A stretch of 64,000 bases of DNA from a bacterium (GTDB lineage: Bacteria; Patescibacteriota; Patescibacteriia; Patescibacteriales; UBA12465): NCBI GenBank assembly GCA_035400585.1, contig DAOMZR010000001.1, positions 191,347-255,346 of the forward strand. The letters are read 5' to 3'. Position 1 is the first letter of the stretch. Each line of letters opens with the position of its first letter. Under the pieces are notes generated by a model, which was given only the letters and a program-made list of their open reading frames with translations, searched no databases and was not told where the DNA came from. Of this stretch, positions 18,145 through 26,419 are shown piece after piece. The position numbers and the translations under genes were made by a program.

Positions 18145-19044
18145 ATGGATAGTTTTAAAATCAGTTTAATTTTTGCCTTTTTGGCTATGATTTTTTGGGG
18201 TGTTGGAGATTTTTTAATTCAAAAAACAATTAAGAAAATTGGAGAATTCCAAACTTTATTATTTATTAATCTATTCGCCGGATTAGCACTAATCCCCTTT
18301 GTTTTAAAAGATTTCCCCTTAATTTTTGATTGGCCCAATATTCTGCTATTAATCATAATGACCATAATTGACTTGCTTTATAGTATTTTTTTATTTAAAG
18401 CTTACAACAAGGGAAAATTGTCGGTAATAGAAATTGCTTTAATAGGAGAACTTCCTTTAACAATATTTTTGGGATTAATTTTTTTTGGAGAAAAATTAAG
18501 CTTTATCGAAACTTTTTTAGTTTTACTTATAATCTTGGGAGTATTTTTAATATCCAAAAGTAAAAAAAATTGGAAAGAAAAAATTAAAGAATATTTTTTG
18601 GGGAGAAAATTTGTTTGGGAAAAAGGAATTCTTTTTGTGTTTGTAGCTATTATATTTAGTTCTTTTTATAATTTATTAGTAGCTTTTAATGCAAGGACTA
18701 TCTCAGCTTTTACTTCTATTTGGTTTCCATGGACTCTAAGTTCGATCTTTTTATTAATTTATATTATTTACAAAAAAGGGCTTAAATCTTCTTGTAAAAA
18801 TATTATTAATTATAAAAAATTAATTTTCTTTACTGCTTTAATTGATACCGCTGCCTGGATTTTTTATGCTCTAGCTACACAAAAAGAAGAGCTTTCGATT
18901 ATAACGGCTATAGTTGCTGGATATGCCGTTATTGCTATGATTTTAGACATTAAAATAAACAAACAAAAAATTGGAAATTGGCAATATTTAGGTGCTTTTT
19001 TTGTGTTTGTTGGTGTTATTATTATTAGTTTTATTACTAACTGA
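18145..19044 (+). CDS. EamA/DMT-family transporter (10 TM)
   Basis: Two EamA-like halves of five hydrophobic helices each. WGVGDFLIQK near the N-terminus. Confidence 0.7.
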   Translation: MDSFKISLIFAFLAMIFWGVGDFLIQKTIKKIGEFQTLLFINLFAGLALIPFVLKDFPLIFDWPNILLLIIMTIIDLLYSIFLFKAYNKGKLSVIEIALIGELPLTIFLGLIFFGEKLSFIETFLVLLIILGVFLISKSKKNWKEKIKEYFLGRKFVWEKGILFVFVAIIFSSFYNLLVAFNARTISAFTSIWFPWTLSSIFLLIYIIYKKGLKSSCKNIINYKKLIFFTALIDTAAWIFYALATQKEELSIITAIVAGYAVIAMILDIKINKQKIGNWQYLGAFFVFVGVIIISFITN

Positions 19045-19066
19045 TACCCCCCCCTTCGCTCGCATC

Positions 19067-19092
19067 AAAAAACACCCGAAAGGGTGTTTTTT
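19067..19092. terminator. Bidirectional terminator (GAAA tetraloop hairpin)
   Basis: aaaaaa-caccc-gaaa-gggtg-tttttt. Serves the EamA gene on the plus strand and whatever is read from the GC island on the minus strand. Confidence 0.8.
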
Positions 19093-19097
19093 CTCGC

Positions 19098-19118
19098 TCG
19101 CTCGGGGACTAGGATTCG
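19098..19118 (-). repeat. Exact 21-nt direct repeat of the tRNA-Gln 3' end (second copy at 19305-19325)
   Basis: tcgctcggggactaggattcg is identical at both sites. Weaker similarity (13/17 by hand alignment) continues into the T-arm region. Confidence 0.9.
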
Positions 19119-19272
19119 GTCACGGTCGCTAAACCTCTTTCTCTCGCTACGCTCAATCACTCGCTAAGCGCCCCGACCCGGCCTCGCCTGTGCTCATTTC
19201 ATTCGCACATGGCTCCGGCTTTCTCATCCTAGACACGAAGTGCGCAGGCACTTCGCTTCCCCTCACTCATTC
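19098..19272. other. GC-rich structured element: candidate tRNA-derived ncRNA, or relic of an integrated or MITE-like element
   Basis: About 58% GC by hand count (19119-19272) in an AT-rich genome. 8-bp perfect hairpin at 19236-19255 and an imperfect hairpin at 19178-19218. The 12-nt ggggactaggat (19104-19115) has a split inverted complement at 19226-19232 plus 19258-19262. No credible ORF. Confidence 0.4.
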
Positions 19273-19301
19273 AAAAAATCCAGCTTACGCTGGATTTTTT
19301 T
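19273..19301. terminator. Bidirectional terminator immediately 3' of tRNA-Gln (minus-strand sense)
   Basis: aaaaaa-tccagc-ttac-gctgga-ttttttt. Confidence 0.8.
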
Positions 19302-19307
19302 CATTCG

Positions 19308-19378
19308 CTCGGGGACTAGGATTCGAACCCAGATAAACAGGACCAGAACCTGTTGTCCTACCATTAGACGATCCCCGA
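19308..19378 (-). tRNA. tRNA-Gln (anticodon CUG)
   Basis: Hand-folded cloverleaf: acceptor UCGGGGA/UCCCCGA, D stem GUCU/GGAC, anticodon arm ACAGG-UUCUGGU-CCUGU, T arm CUGGG-UUCGAAU-CCUAG, discriminator G. U1-A72 and G73 fit bacterial tRNA-Gln. CCA is not encoded. Confidence 0.9.
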
Positions 19379-19395
19379 ATAATTTATATAAGAAT

Positions 19396-19424
19396 TTTAT
19401 AACACTAAATTATTTTTTTTTCAA
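19396..19424 (-). promoter_or_regulatory. Sigma-70-type promoter TTGAAA-17-TATAAA upstream of tRNA-Gln
   Basis: On the minus strand: TTGAAA (19424-19419), 17-nt spacer, TATAAA (19401-19396). The tRNA 5' end is at 19378. Confidence 0.45.
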
Positions 19425-19427
19425 GCA

Positions 19428-19456
19428 AATAAAAAAGCTCCTTTTTGTAGGAGCTT
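19428..19456 (-). terminator. Rho-independent terminator of the 300-aa hypothetical gene
   Basis: Minus strand: aagctcc-loop-ggagctt followed by ttttttattt. Confidence 0.65.
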
Positions 19457-19474
19457 GTTAATCTTGTGATTTTA

Positions 19475-20377
19475 TCAATCCGGAATTTTTTTATCATAAC
19501 CGAATCTTTCGATAAAAATATTGGTCATTTTTGACTTGTTTTTATCAGCAAAAAGGTAGAGTATGTTTAAAGCCTTGTCCTTTTCGCTGTTTTTAACCAA
19601 GTACAGAAATCTCTTTTTTAATTCTTCTTGGGTTAATTTTCGTTTTAAAATTTTTAAAACTTTCTCTATTGTAACACAAGAATCTGTTTCTATGGCCGTT
19701 TCTAAAATTAATTCCAATTCCGATCTGCTTAATTTTCTCTCTAAAAAATAAGAAATATCCTTAGCTTTGTCAAAGTCACCCTCTTTTATTGCTTCGGACA
19801 ATTTTTTATTAAGATCATTTTTAATAACCGATCTGTCCGGCAAAAATCGGAAAAATTTTAACATTAACTTGTCGCCAAAATAAGAATCAATTACCTCCCT
19901 GGCCTTTTCTTGTAAAAAACAATCCTCTTCTTCTTTCTTTTTCTTTTTTCTCTTTTCTCCGTCGGATTTTTTCGTTTCATTGTCCTTTTTTATTTCCTCA
20001 ATCCTTTGGAAAATTTTAAAAATTACTTTCAAATTAACTTTTGCTTTTAAATTGTTTTCCAAAATTCTTTTTAAATCACTTTCGGTAAACAATCTTCTTT
20101 TAAGTAAATTTTCAATCCTTTCGGCTGACAAATAGTCATTATTGTCAGAAAAAATAAAAAAATGGCCAAGAAGAAATCCAATCTCTTCTTCTTCTGGCTC
20201 TTCCCCTGTTTTTTCAAAACATTTTAGAAGCGATAAACAATCATCAGAAGAAATAAATTTCTCAATAAGAAGTCCAAGAATACTTTTGTCTTCGTCAATA
20301 TTTAGACTTAGAAGATGCAAGGCTTCGTCTATTTTTCCGTCAGATATCAACTTATCAACAACAACAGATACATCCAT
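19475..20377 (-). CDS. Hypothetical helical-repeat protein with a central K/E-rich segment
   Basis: Long ORF with coding-like composition. Recurring ~35-aa helical units (…KRKLTQEELKK…, …RKLSRSELELIL…). No recognisable family. Confidence 0.5.
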   Translation of the reverse strand: MDVSVVVDKLISDGKIDEALHLLSLNIDEDKSILGLLIEKFISSDDCLSLLKCFEKTGEEPEEEEIGFLLGHFFIFSDNNDYLSAERIENLLKRRLFTESDLKRILENNLKAKVNLKVIFKIFQRIEEIKKDNETKKSDGEKRKKKKKEEEDCFLQEKAREVIDSYFGDKLMLKFFRFLPDRSVIKNDLNKKLSEAIKEGDFDKAKDISYFLERKLSRSELELILETAIETDSCVTIEKVLKILKRKLTQEELKKRFLYLVKNSEKDKALNILYLFADKNKSKMTNIFIERFGYDKKIPD

Positions 20378-20402
20378 GTGTTTTATATTTTAAGGTTCAT
20401 AA

Positions 20403-20437
20403 TAAAAAAATCCTTTTATTATAAAAGGATTTTTTAA
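20403..20437 (-). terminator. Rho-independent terminator after lysS
   Basis: A-run, tcctttta-tta-taaaagga, T-run. Confidence 0.65.
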
Positions 20438-20464
20438 AAAAGTCAATATTAAACTATTATAATT

Positions 20465-21937
20465 CTATAATTCTGCCTTTGGCTTCATTAAAGGAAAAAG
20501 TGTTATTTCTCTAACCGGCTTATCATTTAAGAAAGCAAACAATCTTTCGCCAAAACCAAAGCCACATGTTGGTGGCATACCGTGTTCAAGCATCTCTACA
20601 AATTCCCAATCGGGCATCATTGCTTCTTCATCGCCTCTGTCAATCAATGATTGTTGTTCTTCAAATCTTTTTCTCTGTTCAACTGGATTGTTCAGCTCGC
20701 TATAACCATTGCCAACCTCACTACCAGCTATAATTATTTGAAACCTTTCTGTTAACTCGGGGTTGTCTTCTTTGGATTTAGCCAAAGGAGAGACTAATTT
20801 TGGATGATTTATTAAAAATGCTGGCCCAGCAATATTTTTTCGACAATATTTCCACAAAGTATCCATTAATCTTTCTCTTGTTTTGCCATCATATTTAACT
20901 TTTAACTCTTGTAATTTAGAAGACATTTCATCTTCACTGGCTGTTAAAACATCTATTTTTGTTTGTTTTAATATTTCATTTCTGTAATCTATTTCTGGCC
21001 AATCATTAGCTAAGTCATATTCATAGCCTTTTGTTTTGAATTTTGTTGTACCAAAAACTTGTACAGCTATTTCTCTGTATAATTCTTGTGATATTTTCAT
21101 TCCATCACTATAATTAGCATATGCCCAGTAAAATTCCATATTAGTGAATTCCTGCAAATGATCAGGACTACTGCCTTCATTTCTAAAGACCTTACCAATT
21201 TCAAATGTTTTCTCAAAACCAGCTGCCATTAGTCTTTTTTGCCATAATTCACCCACTGATATTCTTAAATAAACATCCAAATCAAAATCATTATGATGGG
21301 TTTTAAAGGGCCTAGCTTCGGCTCCACCAGTAGTTGTTTCTAAAACAGGAGTTTCTACCTCAAAAAAGCCTTTTTTTATCATAAAATCGCGTGTAACCTG
21401 CCAAAATTTTGATTTTTTAATAAACATTTCCCTTAAATCATCATTAGTAAGCAAATCAAGATATCTTTTTCTTAATCTTTCTTCTTCATCCTTTAAACCG
21501 TGCCATTTTTCCGGTAGTGGCAGTAAAGCCTTGCTTAAAACCTTATATTTTTTAACCAATACGCTATTTTCTCCTTTGTGGGTAATAAAACAAGTTCCAT
21601 CAACCTCCAAAAAGTCAGCCATATCGATTAATTTCACAAAAGATTTATAATCTTCCCCTAATTCATTTTTAGAGAAGGCTAATTGAATTTCACCAGAAGC
21701 GTCCTTCAGATTAGCAAAGCTCAAATTTCCATGAGTTCTTAAGCCAATTATTCTTCCAGCTAAAATAATATTTTCTTTTTTTGACTCTAAGTTTGTAAAA
21801 TCAGATAAAACACCAGCTACACTGTGAGTTCTGGAAGTTTTACTAGGATAAGGATTGTTATTTTCTGAAATCTTATTCAGCTTTGATTCCCTTTCCATTC
21901 TTTCATTATTTGGATTGGAAATTGTTTTATTTTCCAT
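20465..21937 (-). CDS. lysS: Lysyl-tRNA synthetase, class II
   Basis: OB-fold N-domain. Class II motifs FEVETPVL, FRNEGSSPDHLQEFTNMEFY and GFGFGERLFAFL. Confidence 0.93.
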   Translation of the reverse strand: MENKTISNPNNERMERESKLNKISENNNPYPSKTSRTHSVAGVLSDFTNLESKKENIILAGRIIGLRTHGNLSFANLKDASGEIQLAFSKNELGEDYKSFVKLIDMADFLEVDGTCFITHKGENSVLVKKYKVLSKALLPLPEKWHGLKDEEERLRKRYLDLLTNDDLREMFIKKSKFWQVTRDFMIKKGFFEVETPVLETTTGGAEARPFKTHHNDFDLDVYLRISVGELWQKRLMAAGFEKTFEIGKVFRNEGSSPDHLQEFTNMEFYWAYANYSDGMKISQELYREIAVQVFGTTKFKTKGYEYDLANDWPEIDYRNEILKQTKIDVLTASEDEMSSKLQELKVKYDGKTRERLMDTLWKYCRKNIAGPAFLINHPKLVSPLAKSKEDNPELTERFQIIIAGSEVGNGYSELNNPVEQRKRFEEQQSLIDRGDEEAMMPDWEFVEMLEHGMPPTCGFGFGERLFAFLNDKPVREITLFPLMKPKAEL

Positions 21938-21938
21938 A

Positions 21939-22400
21939 TTATTTTACATCAAGAATTTTATATTTAAATTCGCCTCTTGGTGTTTCCACCACAACTTCAT
22001 CTCCTTTTTTCTTTCCTAAAAAAGCCATGCCAATTGGCGATTCATTTGATATTTTACCGTTTAAAGGATCGGCTTCATTAAAACTAACAATAATAAACTC
22101 TTTTTCTTTTTTATCGCAGGAAACTTTAATATGAGATCCCATGTCAATTTTACCACCGCTAGATTTAATTGACTCAACTACAGTTACATTTTTTAAAATG
22201 TTAGTTAATTCCAAAATTCTTCCTTCATTTAAAGCCTGAGCATCTTTGGCCTCGCTGTATTCAGCGTTTTCACTCAAATCACCCAATTCCTTAGCTCTTT
22301 CAATCCTTTCGGCTATTTCCTTTCTTCTGGTTGTGCTAAGTAAGTCTAACTCCTCCTTAAGCTTGTTATAACCCTCTTGCGTTATAATTTGATTCTCCAT
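21939..22400 (-). CDS. greA: Transcription elongation factor GreA
   Basis: GDLSENAEYSEAKDAQ coiled-coil tip. C-terminal SNESPIGMAFLGKKKGDEV. Confidence 0.92.
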   Translation of the reverse strand: MENQIITQEGYNKLKEELDLLSTTRRKEIAERIERAKELGDLSENAEYSEAKDAQALNEGRILELTNILKNVTVVESIKSSGGKIDMGSHIKVSCDKKEKEFIIVSFNEADPLNGKISNESPIGMAFLGKKKGDEVVVETPRGEFKYKILDVK

Positions 22401-22469
22401 ATTTTTTTAAAATTGTTTAAAAATAAGCTTTTAAAATATATCAATTTTTTAAGAATAATGCAAATAAAG

Positions 22470-23090
22470 CTACAAAAACAAGGTAATTAAATAAATTATA
22501 AATAAATGCACCGGATAAAAGGAGTATTGTAAATATCTGTTTATTTTAAAATCTAAATGTTTGAAATAATAAATTATAAAAAAAGATGGAATAGCAAAAA
22601 TTTGCAATACAGAAGTGGGTAAAAACAAAACTCTGACTATTGTTAAAACAGACTGAGCTGGAATTAATAAAATGTTATTTTTAAAAACATGAAAAAATAG
22701 TATCATTACAACTCCATAAAGACCGTAATCAATAGAAACAAAAAAAGGAATCAGAAAAACCAATATTAGCAAAAAATAACTTAAATATTTATTCTTTAAA
22801 CAATTTTCATAAAGACATATAGCTATCAGTCCCAAAAAAAGACTAAAACAAATATTTAAAACCTCCTTATCAATTACTAAATAAAAAAAGGGCTGAGAAA
22901 TAAAAGCCAAAAACAATAATCTCTGGCCATATTTTTTAACATCCCTTGTTCTAGAGTAACCGTTAGCTATTCCCCAGGCAAATATTGGAAAAGACAGCCT
23001 TCCAATTATCCTTAATATAATTAAATCAGGGAAAAAAACCAAACCAATATGATCAATCACCATCGCTACTATAGCTATTATTTTTAACAT
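22470..23090 (-). CDS. TraX-family membrane protein
   Basis: MLKIIAIVAMVIDHIGLVF N-terminus is typical of the TraX family. Polytopic. Confidence 0.65.
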   Translation of the reverse strand: MLKIIAIVAMVIDHIGLVFFPDLIILRIIGRLSFPIFAWGIANGYSRTRDVKKYGQRLLFLAFISQPFFYLVIDKEVLNICFSLFLGLIAICLYENCLKNKYLSYFLLILVFLIPFFVSIDYGLYGVVMILFFHVFKNNILLIPAQSVLTIVRVLFLPTSVLQIFAIPSFFIIYYFKHLDFKINRYLQYSFYPVHLFIIYLITLFL

Positions 23091-23093
23091 AAA

Positions 23094-24611
23094 TTATTTT
23101 GTGTCTTGTTGTAATTTATTTAGATAATCAAAAAATAAAATTAACAAAATCAAAAAAGATATCCCCAGAGGATGATTAAGATAAGGTGTAAAAAAATTAA
23201 CGGCACTCAGGCCTAGTATAGACAGAAATATTGATAAATAAAAATAATTATTTTTATTAAAATATGACAATAGGGTTTTTTTAGAAAACAAGAAAATTAA
23301 CCACAAATAAACTGAAAAACCAACTATTCCCATCTTTAATAATATATCCAACCAACCCCATTCAAAGGCATAGGTTGAATATTTACCATCTGGGCTACTT
23401 TGCAAAACCCTTGGATCACTAGATATATATTCTATTCTAGCACCAAAACCTCTTCCCAATAAAAAATTAGATTGAATATCATTTTTCATAGAATCAAGTA
23501 ATGCCCAACGAGATGATATTGCTGATTCATTAGAAGTAACGTTTGCTCGATCAGAAAGTGACTCTATGTTAAAAGTTCCCCCTGGTTTTGGCCAAGGAAA
23601 TTTAACAGTAATAAATATTAATAAAACAGAAAAAACCAACGACAAAAAACCATAGAAAATAGTTTTCAAACTCGTTTTAAAATCAAATTTATACCAAACA
23701 ATCAAAAGTAAAGATAAAAAAACCAAAACTAATCCAACCCAAAAACTTCTCGAAAAACTCAAAACAATAACAGACAAAAACAAAGAAGAAATTAAAAATA
23801 AAGAAACTTTTTTTCCTTTTCCCTTTTCAAATAAAAACAAAACAAAACTAAAACAAAAGCCCAGAAAAAGAAAAATTTGATTTTGAAAAAAAACACGATA
23901 AAAGCCATTGCCCATGTTAGTAATCTCACCCAAGGCATACACTCTGGTCCAAGAATAAAGATCGGAAATAATTGGCCTTAAATCATGTGAAAACAAAAAT
24001 AAGAATAATAAAGATTTAAATAAGGTATACAAACTGATTGAAAAGAATATTAAAATTAAATTTTTCCAAAAGATTTCTTTTTCTTCTTTGTTTAATTGAT
24101 AAATAGTATAGAAAATTGGCAATATTGCTATAAAATAAAACCAGGAATTAAAATCAAAAAAAGAATCGGAAAAACCATTTCTCACTAAACCAAAAGCAAA
24201 AGAAAACAAAAGAAAAAAAGATAAATATAAAAGATTCCTGCCAAAAACTAAGTTTTTAAATATACCCAAAACCTTTTTTCTGTCTTTAAAAAAATCAATT
24301 AACAATTTAGTTAAGAAAATGGCCATCAAAAGTAACCACAAAGATATTCTTAAAGAGATTTTAAAACCAGAATTCTCAAAATAAAATAAATAACCCATTG
24401 AATTTAAGAAAACTTCGGCCAAAAACAAATAGATGCTTAATTTAAAGTCATAAAAACTAATAAACAAAAAAGACAAAAGTATTAAAAAGAAAAAAATATA
24501 ATTTATAATTTCAAAATTAAAAGAGATAAATGATATCATCTCAATCAAAAGAGAAAACAAAAATATAAAAAATATTTTATTTTTATTATTATTTAGAGCA
24601 AAATTAAACAT
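23094..24611 (-). CDS. O-antigen ligase/polymerase-like (Wzy_C-type) polytopic membrane protein
   Basis: At least 10 TM helices with a large external loop. Sits within a glycosyltransferase/flippase cluster. Confidence 0.55.
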   Translation of the reverse strand: MFNFALNNNKNKIFFIFLFSLLIEMISFISFNFEIINYIFFFLILLSFLFISFYDFKLSIYLFLAEVFLNSMGYLFYFENSGFKISLRISLWLLLMAIFLTKLLIDFFKDRKKVLGIFKNLVFGRNLLYLSFFLLFSFAFGLVRNGFSDSFFDFNSWFYFIAILPIFYTIYQLNKEEKEIFWKNLILIFFSISLYTLFKSLLFLFLFSHDLRPIISDLYSWTRVYALGEITNMGNGFYRVFFQNQIFLFLGFCFSFVLFLFEKGKGKKVSLFLISSLFLSVIVLSFSRSFWVGLVLVFLSLLLIVWYKFDFKTSLKTIFYGFLSLVFSVLLIFITVKFPWPKPGGTFNIESLSDRANVTSNESAISSRWALLDSMKNDIQSNFLLGRGFGARIEYISSDPRVLQSSPDGKYSTYAFEWGWLDILLKMGIVGFSVYLWLIFLFSKKTLLSYFNKNNYFYLSIFLSILGLSAVNFFTPYLNHPLGISFLILLILFFDYLNKLQQDTK

Positions 24612-24612
24612 T

Positions 24613-25308
24613 TTAATTCAAATTATGTTTATCTTTTATTATTTTTAAAGCTCGATTATATTTTTTAACTGATGGTAAAAAAGGAAAAGCTTTGTAGGCA
24701 AAAGCTGGCAACCAGGACGATATAGTTCCGCCTGGCTTTATTTTAAATAAAGCTTCGTCTATAAAAAAACCTTGATGTCCATTTTCTAGCATAGTCAACC
24801 ACAAATCCCAGTCTTGTAATTTTTTAACACTTTCATCCCAGCCAGGAAAAGCATTCCTTCTAATAAGCGACATTGTATGAATATATGGCATTTTTTGTAG
24901 TTTTTCGGCATCAAATGGCCAAAGTTTAAACAACTTTTTTCCCCAATAAAAAGAAGAATAAGTATAAGCAACCTCTTGGTTGGATTCTAAAACTTGAACC
25001 ATTTTTTCTAAGGTATCATTCTTTAAAACGGCATCGGCATCACAAAAAAATAAATACTCACCACGAGATTCTTTAAATCCCTTATTTCGAGCAGCTGGTG
25101 CCCCTTTGTTTTCTTGATTAATAAAATAATAATTATTTTCCACCTTAAAACTTTCCAAAAATTTTTCAAAGACAGAACGAGTATTATCTCTTGAGCCATC
25201 ATTAACTATTATAACCTCAAAATCACGATAAGTTTGAGATTCAATACTTTTTACAGTATTAATAATTGTTTTTTCACCATTATAAACAGGAATAATTATT
25301 GATATCAT
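24613..25308 (-). CDS. Family 2 glycosyltransferase
   Basis: ISIIIPVYNGEKTI, VIIVNDGSRDNT and FCDADAV (DxD) motifs. Confidence 0.85.
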   Translation of the reverse strand: MISIIIPVYNGEKTIINTVKSIESQTYRDFEVIIVNDGSRDNTRSVFEKFLESFKVENNYYFINQENKGAPAARNKGFKESRGEYLFFCDADAVLKNDTLEKMVQVLESNQEVAYTYSSFYWGKKLFKLWPFDAEKLQKMPYIHTMSLIRRNAFPGWDESVKKLQDWDLWLTMLENGHQGFFIDEALFKIKPGGTISSWLPAFAYKAFPFLPSVKKYNRALKIIKDKHNLN

Positions 25309-25315
25309 TTTATTT

Positions 25316-26416
25316 TTACTTTAAAAAATTATAAATCTTTTCTACTTGATTTTTCCAAACAAAATTAGCAAGAGTTCTTTTTTTACCGTTTTCGCCCAAT
25401 CTATTACATAAATCTGGATCATTTAATAACTTTAGTATTGCCTGCGAAATTTCTTCTTCTGATTCAGGGTCAACCATTAGACCACTAATACTGTCAGCCA
25501 CAGCATCTGTGATTCCGCCACTTTTGCCAGCAATCACTGGTTTTGAAAGCAAACTAGCCTCCAAAAAAACTATTCCAAAACCCTCAAAATCGCCAGCAAC
25601 ATTTCTGGCTGGCATAATAAAAATATCAGATAAAGATAAAAAAGTCCATTTCTCTTCTTCACTTATTTCACCAACAAAAATTATTTTTTCAGAAAAATTA
25701 TCACCAAAAATATTTTTAGCTATTTTTTTTAAATACTCTTCATCTGGACCATTGCCAGCAATAATATATTTAAGATCTTCATCAAATAAAGGGCTGGAAT
25801 CAAAAACTTTTTTTAAAGATAAAATTGTATAATCAAAACCCTTCCTTTTGACTAATCTTCCCAAACTAAAAAGTATTTTCTTGTTGGATAAATTATATTT
25901 GGAAATCAATTCCTCTTTTTTTTGTTCATTATTAAAATTAAAATTATTTACTCCGGGATTAACAATAATTAATTTTGATCTATCCTGATTATAAATATTA
26001 ATTAGCATTTCACAAACAAAAGAATTAGCACAAATTATTTTACTAGATCTATTAATAATCATTTTGCTTAGAAATTTTTTCCAAATGTTTTTAGAACAAA
26101 AAGAAAGATCCATTCCATGGAAAAAAATAGAATATTTTATCTTTAGAAAAAAAGATAAAATAAAAACTACAGTTCCCAGCGGTAAAATTTGTCCAACCAA
26201 AATATTATCTATTTTATTTTTTTTAACTTCTTTAAAAACGACCTTAATAGCTGGTAACCACTTCAAAAAACCATTTTTTCTAATCAATCTATTGTGGTTA
26301 TTATCTATAACCGTTATTTCCGAGGATTTTGGCCAATGATAAATCATGTTGGTGTAATAATTAGCCACACCACCCTTGAAAGGAAAATATTCTGTTGTTA
26401 CCAATAAAAATTTCAT
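25316..26416 (-). CDS. GT-B fold glycosyltransferase (family 4-like)
   Basis: C-terminal EGFGIVFLEASLLSKPVIAGKSGGITDAV (E-x7-E region). Confidence 0.8.
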   Translation of the reverse strand: MKFLLVTTEYFPFKGGVANYYTNMIYHWPKSSEITVIDNNHNRLIRKNGFLKWLPAIKVVFKEVKKNKIDNILVGQILPLGTVVFILSFFLKIKYSIFFHGMDLSFCSKNIWKKFLSKMIINRSSKIICANSFVCEMLINIYNQDRSKLIIVNPGVNNFNFNNEQKKEELISKYNLSNKKILFSLGRLVKRKGFDYTILSLKKVFDSSPLFDEDLKYIIAGNGPDEEYLKKIAKNIFGDNFSEKIIFVGEISEEEKWTFLSLSDIFIMPARNVAGDFEGFGIVFLEASLLSKPVIAGKSGGITDAVADSISGLMVDPESEEEISQAILKLLNDPDLCNRLGENGKKRTLANFVWKNQVEKIYNFLK

Positions 26417-26419
26417 AAC

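Noticed and set aside
19211-19228. Minus-strand GAUGAGAAAGCCGGAGCC, which resembles the RNase P CR-I motif GAGGAAAGUCCGGGC
   Set aside because: The GC island is only about 200 nt, and I could not find other RNase P conserved regions. I could not find tmRNA or SRP hallmarks either (no GGAA/AGCA helix-8 motif, no tag ORF). The similarity is too weak to call.
19240-19461. 73-aa plus-strand ORF across the tRNA-Gln region
   Set aside because: It runs antisense through a well-folded tRNA gene, its terminator and its promoter. Its Arg/Ser/Thr-rich translation reflects the GC-rich RNA sequence rather than coding.
22470-23090. TraX taken as evidence for a conjugative element
   Set aside because: No relaxase, coupling protein, T4SS ATPase or other tra genes are in the window. 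The gene is embedded in a glycan-biosynthesis operon.
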